Shown here: positions 9,867 to 18,833 of the stretch, one piece after another
Position numbering within the stretch: the stretch's first letter is position 1
Layout of the letters: every line of letters starts with the position of its first letter
NCBI GenBank assembly: GCA_963766735.1
Contig: CAVYBU010000030.1
Span: 96,001 to 160,000 of the forward strand
Source of the DNA: an uncultured Chloroflexia bacterium
Lineage (GTDB): Bacteria; Chloroflexota; Limnocylindria; Limnocylindrales; CSP1-4
Direction of reading: 5' to 3'
DNA: 64,000 bases
Notes under the pieces: model-generated
Told to the model about the DNA's origin: nothing
Databases searched by the model: none
The model's input: only the letters and a program-made list of their open reading frames with translations
Made by a program: the position numbers and the translations under genes

Positions 9867-10625
9867 TCAGGCGGCCGGGGCGCGGAGCCACCGGAGACCG
9901 AAGCGGACGAGGTCCAGCGGCGGCGTGCCCGGCTCGGCCTGGAGACGCACGATCGGCAGATCACCCGGGGCGCCCGCCCACAGCGAGAGGGCCTGCCCGC
10001 CGACCGAACCGCGCCACCCGTCTGAGAACGCGAATCCAAGGACGCGCCGATAGGCCTCCGCTGTCGCGACGGGGTCAGGCACCGGCAGCTCCAGCGAGGT
10101 CATCCGGAGGCGCCCTCCGCCCGGATGGCGGAACGCCGCGCGGACAGCCCTCGCCTCGCCACCCCACTCGGCACCTGCATACTCGTGCTCGATCAGGAAC
10201 GGCGGCTCGGACGGGCCCAGCGGCGGGAAGGCCGTGACCCAGCGGACCACGCCACCATCCGGTCGGATCCGCGACCCCGCGACCGGCTCTCCGATCGGCG
10301 AACCGCCGGCCCGCAGGCGCCCCGCATCGCCTGTCACGTCGTCGGTGGCGAGCGCGAACGTCGCCAGCCCCTCACGGCCCTCGTCCAGCAGCGCCATCGA
10401 CGCCCGGCCCACGGCGAACGTCGTCGACGATCGGACGAGCTCCCGGTCAAACACGCCGATCAGCTCGAGGTACGTGTCGCCCAGGAAGGCGAGGCGGTTG
10501 AACGTTCCCATCGCCTCGTGGCATCCGCCGCCCGTGAACGCGAGACCGACGTCGTGCTCCAGATCGGCCGCGGCGGCATCCGGGTCCCGGACGGCGATGA
10601 CGAGGTGGTCGATCCCGAGGAGCAT
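9867..10625 (-). CDS. VOC family (glyoxalase-like) protein
   Basis: MLLGIDHLVIAVRD...GTFNRLAFLGDTYLELIG...PPFLIEH. Confidence 0.85.
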   Translation of the reverse strand: MLLGIDHLVIAVRDPDAAAADLEHDVGLAFTGGGCHEAMGTFNRLAFLGDTYLELIGVFDRELVRSSTTFAVGRASMALLDEGREGLATFALATDDVTGDAGRLRAGGSPIGEPVAGSRIRPDGGVVRWVTAFPPLGPSEPPFLIEHEYAGAEWGGEARAVRAAFRHPGGGRLRMTSLELPVPDPVATAEAYRRVLGFAFSDGWRGSVGGQALSLWAGAPGDLPIVRLQAEPGTPPLDLVRFGLRWLRAPAA

Positions 10626-10642
10626 CCGCGAACGCGCCTCGC

Positions 10643-11905
10643 TCAGCCGGCCCGCTGGTCCAGGACCCGGCGGCCGCCCTTGAGCACCACCGCCGGCCGC
10701 TCCAGCACCGTGATGTCCGCCAGCGGGTCCCCGGCCACCGCCACCAGGTCCGCGTGCCGGCCCGGCGCCAGCGTCCCGACCCGGTCCGCCCAGCCCATGC
10801 ACTCCGCCGCCACGATCGTCGCGGAGCGGATCGCAGCCAACGGAGTCATCCCGAACCGGACGTAGGTCTCGAACTGCCTGGCGACCTCCTCGTGGGGGTA
10901 GACGCCGCTGTCCGTGCTGTACGTGATCCGCACCCCGCGCTCCACCGCCATCCGGAAGGCGGCCACGCCCGTATCCATCGTCTCGGCCAGCTTGCGCATC
11001 GTGTCGGCAGGCCAGTGGTCGGCTTCGCCGTGCTCCAGCGCCCACTCGCCGTCGTACAGGTCGACGCCCAGGAAGGTGCCCGAGTCCGCGATCAGGTCGA
11101 TGGTCTCCGCATCCAGCATCGAGCCGTGCTCCACGGACCGGGCGCCGGCACGGACAGCCCGCCGGGCGCCCCTGGCGCTGTGCGCGTGGACGGCGACGAA
11201 GGTGTCGTAGTGCGCCGCCTCCTTGACCGCAGCGCGCATCTCGCGCTCGGAGAGCTCCGGGGCGCCGGGGACGCCGCCGCGGGTGAGGACCGCGCCTGTT
11301 CCGATGCACTTGATGACGGTGGCGCCGCCGATCAGCAGGCGCCGGACGCGCTCCCGCACCTGCTCGGGGCCACTGACCACACCGAAGCGGAGGTCGTCCG
11401 GGAGAACGATGTCGTGGGCCAGGCCCACCACGTCTCCACCGCCCCAGGGAGCCGTGATGAATGCGCCCGCACACTGCATGCGCGGGCCTTCGATCTCGCC
11501 GGCATCGATGGCATCCCGCACGGCAATGTCGGTGAAGGCACGGAAGGGGCCCAGGTCGCGGACGGTGGTGAAGCCCGCCTGCGCCGTGACGCGCGCATTC
11601 CGAACGCCGAGCATCGCCTCCTGCGCGGCGGAGGTGGTGGTGCCGGGAACGCCGGCCGTCTGCACCTCGCCGACAAGGTGGCCGTGGGTGTCGATGAGCC
11701 CCGGCAGGACGGTGAGGCCGCCCAGGTCGATGACGGGCGTGCCGTCCGGGAGGCCGTCGTCATCCCCGAGGACAGCCTCAATTCGACCGTCGTCGACGAG
11801 CAACGTCCGGTCCGGGGTCGTCCGGCCGGTCTCGACATCCAGCAGCCGGCCGGCGCGGACCGCCAGGCGGCCGCGCGCATCGGCAAAAGGAGCGGCGATC
11901 GTCAT
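10643..11905 (-). CDS. Amidohydrolase family protein (Xaa-Pro dipeptidase-like)
   Basis: LPGLIDTHGHL, GFTTVRDLG, VAVHAHS, SVEHG, STDSG, GTLAPGRHADLVAV. Confidence 0.9.
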   Translation of the reverse strand: MTIAAPFADARGRLAVRAGRLLDVETGRTTPDRTLLVDDGRIEAVLGDDDGLPDGTPVIDLGGLTVLPGLIDTHGHLVGEVQTAGVPGTTTSAAQEAMLGVRNARVTAQAGFTTVRDLGPFRAFTDIAVRDAIDAGEIEGPRMQCAGAFITAPWGGGDVVGLAHDIVLPDDLRFGVVSGPEQVRERVRRLLIGGATVIKCIGTGAVLTRGGVPGAPELSEREMRAAVKEAAHYDTFVAVHAHSARGARRAVRAGARSVEHGSMLDAETIDLIADSGTFLGVDLYDGEWALEHGEADHWPADTMRKLAETMDTGVAAFRMAVERGVRITYSTDSGVYPHEEVARQFETYVRFGMTPLAAIRSATIVAAECMGWADRVGTLAPGRHADLVAVAGDPLADITVLERPAVVLKGGRRVLDQRAG

Positions 11906-12129
11906 GATCGAATCGTAGCCCGGCGCCCGCAACGCCGCCCGTCTGGTCAGTGCCCGACGTGGCTGGGCGCAATTCCTAACGAACAGGTAGATCATGCATG
12001 ACGAATGCCTACGGAACCGTGGCCATTGGTGACTTGCGCCAACGATCCGAATAGGCGACGATGGAGTCGTGCAACTAGCAGCCGGCCGCCCGCGGCTGGC
12101 TTGAACCCTCAATTCCCTGGCAGGTAACC

Positions 12130-12249
12130 ATGATCCTCGAAGGCCTCATCCTCATCGCCGCATCCGCGCTGCTCCTCGCTGGTCTTGCTGCCAGCAGGAG
12201 CCCGTACGACAGGCTCGATCCCAAGCTGTGGCCCCACGTCCACCACTGA
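12130..12249 (+). CDS. Putative 39-aa single-pass membrane peptide
   Basis: MILEGLILIAASALLLAGLAASRSPYDRLDPKLWPHVHH*; AGGT 4 nt upstream; mostly G/C third positions; fills an otherwise empty intergenic region. Confidence 0.55.
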   Translation: MILEGLILIAASALLLAGLAASRSPYDRLDPKLWPHVHH

Positions 12250-12356
12250 TCGATGCTGCCGACGTGTCGGTGATACCGGCGCCGTTGCGCGGCGCCGTCA
12301 GGGCCATGTAGCAGTCGGCCGCGACGACCACGACGAATGGCGCATACGATGCCGCC

Positions 12357-12935
12357 ATGAGCCTTTCTGTTCCGCCTGACCACCTCCCGTTCACCGGCAA
12401 CGATGATGCCGACCGCCTCCTCGCGACCGATCCGCTCGCTCTGCTGATCGGCTTCGCGCTTGACCAGCAGGTCACCGTCCAGAAAGCCTTTGCCGGGCCG
12501 CTCGAGCTGCGGACGAGGATTGGGTCGCTGGACGCGGCGACGATCGCGGCGATGGACCCCGAGGCACTCGATGTCGCCTTCCGCACCCCGCCGGCGCTGC
12601 ACCGCTTCCCGGGCAACATGGCCAGGCGGGTGCGCGACCTGTGCGCCGTCATCGCGGACGGCTACGGCGGCGACGCCTCGCGGGTCTGGTCCGAGGCTGC
12701 CGACGCCCAGGACCTTCACGTGCGTCTCATCGCGCTGCCGGGGATCGGCGAGATGAAGGCCGGGACGATCGTGGCGCTGCTCGCCAAGCGGTACGGCATC
12801 CGACCAGTGGGCTGGGAGGATGCCATTCCCGACTACCCCACCCTGGGAGACGTGGACTCGGCGGAGGCGCTGGCCGCCTACCAGGCCGGCAAGCGAGCAC
12901 GCAAGGCACAGCTGAAGGCCGAGGGCAAGGCCTGA
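12357..12935 (+). CDS. Uncharacterised HhH-GPD family base-excision repair-like protein
   Basis: DPLALLIGFALDQQVTVQKAFAGP, ALHRFPGNMA, ALPGIGEMKA HhH motif. Confidence 0.85.
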   Translation: MSLSVPPDHLPFTGNDDADRLLATDPLALLIGFALDQQVTVQKAFAGPLELRTRIGSLDAATIAAMDPEALDVAFRTPPALHRFPGNMARRVRDLCAVIADGYGGDASRVWSEAADAQDLHVRLIALPGIGEMKAGTIVALLAKRYGIRPVGWEDAIPDYPTLGDVDSAEALAAYQAGKRARKAQLKAEGKA

Positions 12936-13294
12936 TGTCCGATACCCAGATCCTCGCCGTCCTGGCGACCCTGGCCGGCGTGCTGATGGCGATCTCGCCG
13001 ATCCTGCAGATCCGGCGGATGCGGCGCACCCGGTCCAGCAACGACGTCTCGTTGCTGTACCTCTCCCTGCTGTGTGCCGGCTTCGTTGCATGGCTGGCGT
13101 ACGGCTGGTCGCTGGGCAACCCGGCGATGATCATCTCGAACACGGCCGCGCTCGCGTTCATGTTGATCACGATCAGCGTGGCGCTGAGGTTCCGGCGCGG
13201 CGGCGCGAAGCGGGCCGCCGCGGGCGCGGTGGCCCTGAACCCCCCGGTGCCCGACGAGATCGTCCCGGGACCGGCGACGCCGCCGGCCGAGTAG
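12935..13294 (+). CDS. SemiSWEET/PQ-loop family small transporter
   Basis: SPILQIRRMRRTRSSNDVS...WLAYG...AMIISN, three TM helices; TGATG coupling to the upstream gene. Confidence 0.8.
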   Translation: MSDTQILAVLATLAGVLMAISPILQIRRMRRTRSSNDVSLLYLSLLCAGFVAWLAYGWSLGNPAMIISNTAALAFMLITISVALRFRRGGAKRAAAGAVALNPPVPDEIVPGPATPPAE

Positions 13295-13325
13295 GAGGGG
13301 CGGGACGCAGCCGTTGGGCGGAGAC

Positions 13326-14003
13326 ATGGCATCCCCACTGAACGATCCGAAGCTCCAGGCGTTGCTTGATCGCCTGCATGCGCAAAGCGACCTGCAGGTC
13401 GAGGAGACGAACGCGTTCTTCGCCCGACGGGACCAGGAGCACCCGATCGACCAGGAGGGCTACTACACCGAGGAGATGTACCGGTTCCTCTCGGACAAGA
13501 TGGTGGCGCTCGACCGGGAGAAGGCGGAGTTCTGCTACCTGCTCTGCCGCTCGCTGGGTGCAAGGCGCGTGGTCGAAGCGGGTACCTCGTTCGGGGTCTC
13601 GACCCTCTACCTGGCGGCAGCCGTGCGCGACAACCAGGTCGAGAACGGGGTGGTGATCGGAACGGAGTACGAGCCGGCCAAGGTGGAGATCGCGCGCGCG
13701 AACTTCGACGAGGCTGGGCTGAGCGAGTTCATCGACCTCCGCGAAGGTGACCTGCGACAGACGCTGCAGGATGTCGGCGGCCCGGTGGACTTCATGCTTG
13801 TCGACATCTGGGAAGTTGCCCTGCCCGCCCTCGCGCTGGTATCCGCACACCTGCGACCCGGCGCCATCGTGGTGTGCGACAACACCGCGGTGGACATTGC
13901 CGAGTACCGCGACTACTTCGCGTTCGTGAATGATCCGGTGAACCGCTTCCGGACCATGACCGTCCCGTTCAGGGGCGGCTTCGAGCTGACCGTGCGCGTC
14001 TGA
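13326..14003 (+). CDS. Class I SAM-dependent (O-)methyltransferase
   Basis: VVEAGTSFGVST motif I; LREGD; VDFMLVD; LRPGAIVVCDN. Confidence 0.9.
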   Translation: MASPLNDPKLQALLDRLHAQSDLQVEETNAFFARRDQEHPIDQEGYYTEEMYRFLSDKMVALDREKAEFCYLLCRSLGARRVVEAGTSFGVSTLYLAAAVRDNQVENGVVIGTEYEPAKVEIARANFDEAGLSEFIDLREGDLRQTLQDVGGPVDFMLVDIWEVALPALALVSAHLRPGAIVVCDNTAVDIAEYRDYFAFVNDPVNRFRTMTVPFRGGFELTVRV

Positions 14004-14042
14004 GCCACAGCACCAGCCCCGCCGAGGCGCCCCCCGAGTGCC

Positions 14043-14447
14043 TCAGCGGCGGACCAGCGTCCGGAACAGGTGCTCCAGCGTCGCCGCGGGATCGGCGGTC
14101 AGGCCCGTGTGCACGGCAGAGGGCTGGATGATCGTGGACGAGGGCGACACCAGCCAGTGGAACCGCTCGGGCGCGGCGAGCGCGGCGATCGGGCCGGCCC
14201 CCGGGTCGCCCTGCGCGATGGCCGCGATGGACAAGAGGTGCTCGCGGACGATCTCGGGGTCGCAGTCCGGCCACATGACCGCCAGCAGCTCGACGTCCAG
14301 CTCGACGCGGGCGCCCAGGAACCGGCGCGCCCGCGACATCAGCACGATCCCGGCGTTGAACGCCTCGCCCCGCTCCACTCGTGGCACCACTCGCACGATG
14401 GAGTATTCGAACGGGCTGCGCGCGACGGCCTCAGGCGGCTCGACCAC
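14043..14447 (-). CDS. DUF3037 domain protein
   Basis: FEYSIVRVVPRVERGEAFNAGIVL...ERFHWLVSPSSTIIQPSAVHTGL; GAGGAGG upstream of GTG. Confidence 0.9.
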   Translation of the reverse strand: MVEPPEAVARSPFEYSIVRVVPRVERGEAFNAGIVLMSRARRFLGARVELDVELLAVMWPDCDPEIVREHLLSIAAIAQGDPGAGPIAALAAPERFHWLVSPSSTIIQPSAVHTGLTADPAATLEHLFRTLVRR

Positions 14448-15207
14448 GATCGGCCTCCTCCACGAATGCGCGCCGCGCCTCCAGGCGGGTGACGATGTAG
14501 TCCACGTAGGCGCGACGGTGCGCGCCGGGATCCGGCAGACCCGGTTCGGCCGGTAGCCAGTCATCGGGGATCGACGCGGCCATCTCCTCCAGCACCGCCC
14601 GATCCAGCCTCCCCGCCAGGCGTGCGTCCGCGTCCGCGATGGAGCCTGCGAACGGGAGCAGGACGTGGTCCCGGATCTGGACGAACGGCCGCCGGGCGTG
14701 TGCGTCCGGGTCCTGCCAGCTGTGATGGACATAGAGAGCGGAACCGTGGTCGATGAGGTGCAGACGGCGGTGCCAGACGATGAGGTTGGGGTTCCGCGGG
14801 GTGCGGTCCACGTTGGTCGTGAGGGCGTCCAGCCAGACGACGTCCGCGGCCAGTGCCGGATCCGGGCGCGGTCCGACGGCGGGGGCGAAGGGCAGTGCGC
14901 CGGGGAGGAAGTCCAGGCCGAAGTTCGTCCCTGCCGATCGCTCAAGCAGCTCCTGGATCTCCTGGTCGGGCTCCGCCTTCGCGAGCTCGGCGGCCAGCTC
15001 CACCAGCACGAGGTCCGGGACCGGCAGGTCCAGGTGTCGCGCGATCTCGCCGGCCAGCAGCTCCGCCACCAGCGCCTTCCGGCCGTGGCCGGCGCCCAGG
15101 AGCTTGACGACGTACAGGCCGTCGTCGTCCGCCTCCACGAGCGCGGGCACGGAGCCGCCCTCGCGCAGGGGCGTGACGTAGCGGGTGGCGATCACGGTGC
15201 GGAGCAT
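14431..15207 (-). CDS. HipA-like kinase (HipA_2 type)
   Basis: RYVTPLREGGSVP P-loop, YVVKL, NVDRTPRNPNL catalytic loop, LIDHG. Confidence 0.88.
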   Translation of the reverse strand: MLRTVIATRYVTPLREGGSVPALVEADDDGLYVVKLLGAGHGRKALVAELLAGEIARHLDLPVPDLVLVELAAELAKAEPDQEIQELLERSAGTNFGLDFLPGALPFAPAVGPRPDPALAADVVWLDALTTNVDRTPRNPNLIVWHRRLHLIDHGSALYVHHSWQDPDAHARRPFVQIRDHVLLPFAGSIADADARLAGRLDRAVLEEMAASIPDDWLPAEPGLPDPGAHRRAYVDYIVTRLEARRAFVEEADRGRAA

Positions 15208-15322
15208 CACGGGGAGTGTAGGCCCGAGGCTGCGGCAGTTGTCCACGCGCAGCGTTCCGACATATGGTTGCATGTGCAACTAAAATCCGGGACGAGAGCC
15301 CCTCCGGACACTGGAGCGTTTC

Positions 15323-15703
15323 ATGGACGACATCATCCGCGCCGCCTTCGGGCACGACCAGGTGATCGACATCACCACCACGGGCCGCGTCACGGGCGAG
15401 GCACGGCGGATCGAGATCTTCATGCACAACCTGGGCGGGCGCCTGGTGATCAGCGGCATGCCGATGCCGGGCCGGACGCGCGCATGGCTCCGCAACCTGG
15501 AGGCGGATCCCGCGCTGACGATCCACCTGAAGGGTCCTGGCGCAGAGGCAGATATCGCGGCGACGGCACGCGTGATCACGGATCCGGTGGAGCGCCGGGA
15601 GCTGCTGGCCGGCGTCGCGGCGAACTGGAAACGGACGGACCTGGACGTGATGATCGAGCACAGCCCGCTGATCGAGGTCACGGTTCCGGGCTACCCGGCC
15701 TGA
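15323..15703 (+). CDS. Deazaflavin-dependent nitroreductase-like (DUF385/DDN split-barrel) protein
   Basis: IDITTTGRVTGEARRIEI...RAWLRNLEADP. Confidence 0.8.
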   Translation: MDDIIRAAFGHDQVIDITTTGRVTGEARRIEIFMHNLGGRLVISGMPMPGRTRAWLRNLEADPALTIHLKGPGAEADIAATARVITDPVERRELLAGVAANWKRTDLDVMIEHSPLIEVTVPGYPA

Positions 15704-15721
15704 GGTCGTCGGGCGCGGCTT

Positions 15722-15800
15722 GGCCGGGGTAGGTTCGACCCGGGTGGGCTCGGCCGGGGTAGGTTCGACCCGGGTGGGCTCGGCCGGGGGTAGGCTCGGC
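15722..15800. repeat. 30-bp tandem direct repeat (~2.5 copies, built from degenerate 15-mers)
   Basis: GGCCGGGGTAGGTTCGACCCGGGTGGGCTC at 15722 and 15752, with a partial third copy at 15782. Confidence 0.9.
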
Positions 15801-15967
15801 CCATCGATTCCGCTCCGCCTGCGAGCCTGCTTCGTGCACCTGGTCGATCTGCCCGGGATTCGAGGCCCGGCGCCTGCCCCGCGCCAACTCCGCCGCAGGG
15901 CCAGCTCGCACCCCCGCGGCAGGCAGGCGCCCTCCGCCCGCACGCGCTGGATGTGTGCGCGCTCCGA

Positions 15968-16408
15968 TCAGCCGGGCTCTTCGTCCATCAGCGCGCGAAA
16001 CCGTTCCATGGCGCCCGGCAGCTCCGTGGCGATCCGCCGCTCCGCCTCCTTGACGATGAACCCGAGGAATGGCGGCGCCGAGAGGTCCAGCTCCAGGGTG
16101 ATGCGCGTGGTCGCGGCATCGAGCGCAGCGAGCAGCACCCGGACGTTCACCTTGAGTGGCCCGCCGGACCCGGCAATGACCAGGGAGACGGGCTCCCTCA
16201 ATTCCTTGACCGTGCCGGTGATCTCGGCCCCACCGGTGGCGGGCCCCAGCTTGAGCCGCACGCGGCTGCCCGCGTGCAGCCCCGGATCCAGCAGCTCCGC
16301 CTCCACGACCTCCGGCAGCCAGCGGGGGAGATCCGGGATGCGGGTGGCGACGCGGAAGACGTCGCCGACGGGGTAGGGGAGTTCGACGGCCGTGGTGATG
16401 GTGCCCAT
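15968..16408 (-). CDS. SRPBCC (START-like/polyketide cyclase) family protein
   Basis: VFRVATRIPDLPRWLPEV...GSRVRL; C-terminal helix ERFRALMD. Confidence 0.8.
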   Translation of the reverse strand: MGTITTAVELPYPVGDVFRVATRIPDLPRWLPEVVEAELLDPGLHAGSRVRLKLGPATGGAEITGTVKELREPVSLVIAGSGGPLKVNVRVLLAALDAATTRITLELDLSAPPFLGFIVKEAERRIATELPGAMERFRALMDEEPG

Positions 16409-16480
16409 CACCGGATGGTACGGGCGCCTGCGTCTTCCCGCCTCCCGCGCCCGGCCGGGACTCCCGCCTCCGTCCCGCCG

Positions 16481-17203
16481 TCAGGCCGGGTCGGGCTCCG
16501 TCAGCAGGTCCACGAGCACGTCCAGCTCCCGATCCGTGACGTCCTGGCCCCGGAGCAGGCTCCGCGCCCCGCCGTGCTCCGTGTCCAGGTGCTCCAGGGC
16601 GCTGGCGATGAACTCCGGCGGGCTGTCCACGATCAGGCTGCCGTGGCGCCAGTCGTCGAGCTCCATGTGGGCGACCGGCGAGGCGAAGAATGCGGCGGAC
16701 ATCGCGTAGTCCTCCACGATGATGTCTCGCGGCACGCCGCACAGGTCCAGGAGGAGCGCGATGCTCACGCCGGTCCGGTCCTTGCCAGCCGCGCAGCCGA
16801 TCACGGCCGGGAGGCCCTCGTCCGCAAGCATGGCGCGGACAACCTGGGCGAGCTGAGGGGCGCGGGCGTCGAGCACGTGGCGGTACATCCCGGCCAGGCC
16901 TGCGTGCGGCGTGGGATCGTCGGCGAGGAGCGGGATGCTCGTGTAACGCACGATCGGTGAGCCCACGAAGGCATTCGGCGATATGACCAGCTCCTCTGGC
17001 CAGCGGAGATCGATGACCTGGCGGAGGCCGAGGTCCACGAGAGCGTCGTACGTCCGGTCCGGGAGCCGGGTCAGCTCGTCCGACCGCAGGAGCGTGCGCC
17101 AGCGCATCCGCCGGCCGTCGGCGGCCGGGTAGCCACCGACATCGCGGACATTGCGGGTGCCATCGAGGGGGAGGTGTCGGGCGGGATCGGTGAGGTTCGT
17201 CAT
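16481..17203 (-). CDS. Tyrosine-protein phosphatase (Y_phosphatase3/MptpB-like)
   Basis: GTRNVRDVGGY, VIDLR, CAAGKDRTG P-loop, IVEDYAMS. Confidence 0.9.
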   Translation of the reverse strand: MTNLTDPARHLPLDGTRNVRDVGGYPAADGRRMRWRTLLRSDELTRLPDRTYDALVDLGLRQVIDLRWPEELVISPNAFVGSPIVRYTSIPLLADDPTPHAGLAGMYRHVLDARAPQLAQVVRAMLADEGLPAVIGCAAGKDRTGVSIALLLDLCGVPRDIIVEDYAMSAAFFASPVAHMELDDWRHGSLIVDSPPEFIASALEHLDTEHGGARSLLRGQDVTDRELDVLVDLLTEPDPA

Positions 17204-17507
17204 CGGGGCAAGGGTATCCCGGAGAGCCTTCGGGGAGCCGCCTGGCAAGTGAACGTGCCGGTCCGCCGACGCGGACCAACCATACCGACCGGTACGGCCC
17301 AACTCGCCGCCAATGCCGCCCGGGGGGTGGGTACTAGTCCGTTTGGTGGATCGACGACCCGCCCGGCAGAGGCGTACGGTCTGGGCATCGAACGGACCGC
17401 CAACATTCGGACCCATTCGGGCGGCGCGTCTTCCCTCCGGCGGGATGCCGGGCGGCGGCGGAGCCCGAAACCTTGTCCTCCAAGGCGGTCCGTTCTCGAT
17501 TCCCCGT

Positions 17508-17717
17508 TCAGGCTCCGTTCCGGCGGGTCCATGCCCCGTACAGCATTGCGCCGCCCAGGGCGATCACGAGCAGCGGCCAGATCTGGTCCCAGTTGAGGTC
17601 CGGGATGTCCAGGCCGAGCGTCGTCTGGAGCAGGTAGTAGATCCCGACGATCAGCAGGATCACGCCGAAGATCAGGCTGCCGGCATCGCGTCTGCGGTGT
17701 ACGCCACGGCCGTCCAT
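17508..17717 (-). CDS. Small membrane protein, LiaI/LiaF-like TM (DUF5668-like)
   Basis: LIFGVILLIVGIYYLL...WDQIWPLLVIALGG; GGAGG upstream. Confidence 0.75.
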   Translation of the reverse strand: MDGRGVHRRRDAGSLIFGVILLIVGIYYLLQTTLGLDIPDLNWDQIWPLLVIALGGAMLYGAWTRRNGA

Positions 17718-17911
17718 GGACACCTCCCGCCGCGAGCCGGCGATCCCCGCCCCGAACAGCTTCGGTGTGCGCGGGCGCGATCCACCACGACTGATCACGC
17801 CTGGCGTTCTCTCGCCGCTCCGGCAACGCCCGAAGTCTCGGATCGGGCGCGCCTCGCGACCAGAGCCGACCGGTGTCCCGAAGGGGGCCGGATCGCACTG
17901 CTCCGTCCCAG

Positions 17912-18361
17912 CTAGCGCGGGGGATTGCCCTCGAACGCCCGTTTCGCCCCCGCTGCCGAATCCCGCACGGTCCACCACACCGGGATCGCCACCAGCGCCT
18001 CGTGCAACCACCCGAACGGTCCCCAAAACCCGGATCGCAGCTCCGTCGCCTGGTGGACCAGCGTCCCGGATCCACGAGCCTCGAAGCGCAGCACGAGGCG
18101 GACCTCCAGGCCCAGGACGATCGCTTCGTGCACCTGCAGCGATTGCCGCCGGTACTCCACGATCTCCCACTGTTGCGTGGTCGGCAGCCCGGCCAGCCGG
18201 CCCCGTTCCCGGTAGACCGTGCCAACCCGGGACGGCCCGGAGACATAGACGATCTCCCGCACGTGCGGCACCCAGCGGGGCAACCCCGGGATGTCGTCGT
18301 ACAGGTTCCAGACCTCGTCGCGCGAGGCGCCCACGAGCGCCTCGGCCTCCACGTGCCGCAT
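17912..18361 (-). CDS. SRPBCC family protein
   Basis: ASRDEVWNLYDDIPGLPRWVPHV...VGTVYRE. Confidence 0.8.
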   Translation of the reverse strand: MRHVEAEALVGASRDEVWNLYDDIPGLPRWVPHVREIVYVSGPSRVGTVYRERGRLAGLPTTQQWEIVEYRRQSLQVHEAIVLGLEVRLVLRFEARGSGTLVHQATELRSGFWGPFGWLHEALVAIPVWWTVRDSAAGAKRAFEGNPPR

Positions 18362-18833
18362 CGGGACCAGTATCCCGCGCTCGGCGCCGGCTGGGAACCC
18401 CGATCGGATTCAGACTGGCGCTCTGGGGTGAGGACCCGCGCCGGTACTCCACGACGACGCGCCGCTTCATCGGCCGCGACGAGCACGTGACCGGGCTCGA
18501 GATCCCGCACATCACGCAACGTTGTCCTGCGGCATCTGGAGCCGGCCACCGCGGGTCGCCACGCAGCACAAGTCGCCGCGACTCGGCTATGTGTCGCAAA
18601 CGCCGTTGCCAGGCGTGACTCGCGCCCCGAACCCGAGGTTCGGCCGTCGAGCCGAGCGTCAGAACCCCGCTGCTGACACATGCTCGAGTCGCAGGTGCCC
18701 ACAAGCCGGGGCTCGACCGCATCGGACGGTGGCGGATCGGCCGCTTCCGGTGAGCTGCGCAGGACGAGGTTGTCATCGGCCGTCCGGGGCATCCTCGCCG
18801 GGCGGGTTTGCGGATCGGGGCTACCCTCTAGGC

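Noticed and set aside
10643-11905. Candidate for the missing HyuA hydantoinase
   Set aside because: Motifs match the Xaa-Pro dipeptidase-like amidohydrolases, not cyclic amidohydrolases, and the gene lies 11 kb outside the island.
15722-15800. CRISPR array or tRNA fragment (GGTTCGA T-loop-like)
   Set aside because: The repeats are contiguous with no unique spacers, there are no cas genes, and the flanks cannot form a T-stem or cloverleaf.
18362-18820. Possible ncRNA or riboswitch upstream of the helicase
   Set aside because: No recognisable aptamer consensus, and the helicase appears leaderless, so the region is unlikely to be its 5' UTR. An independent sRNA cannot be excluded without an Rfam scan.
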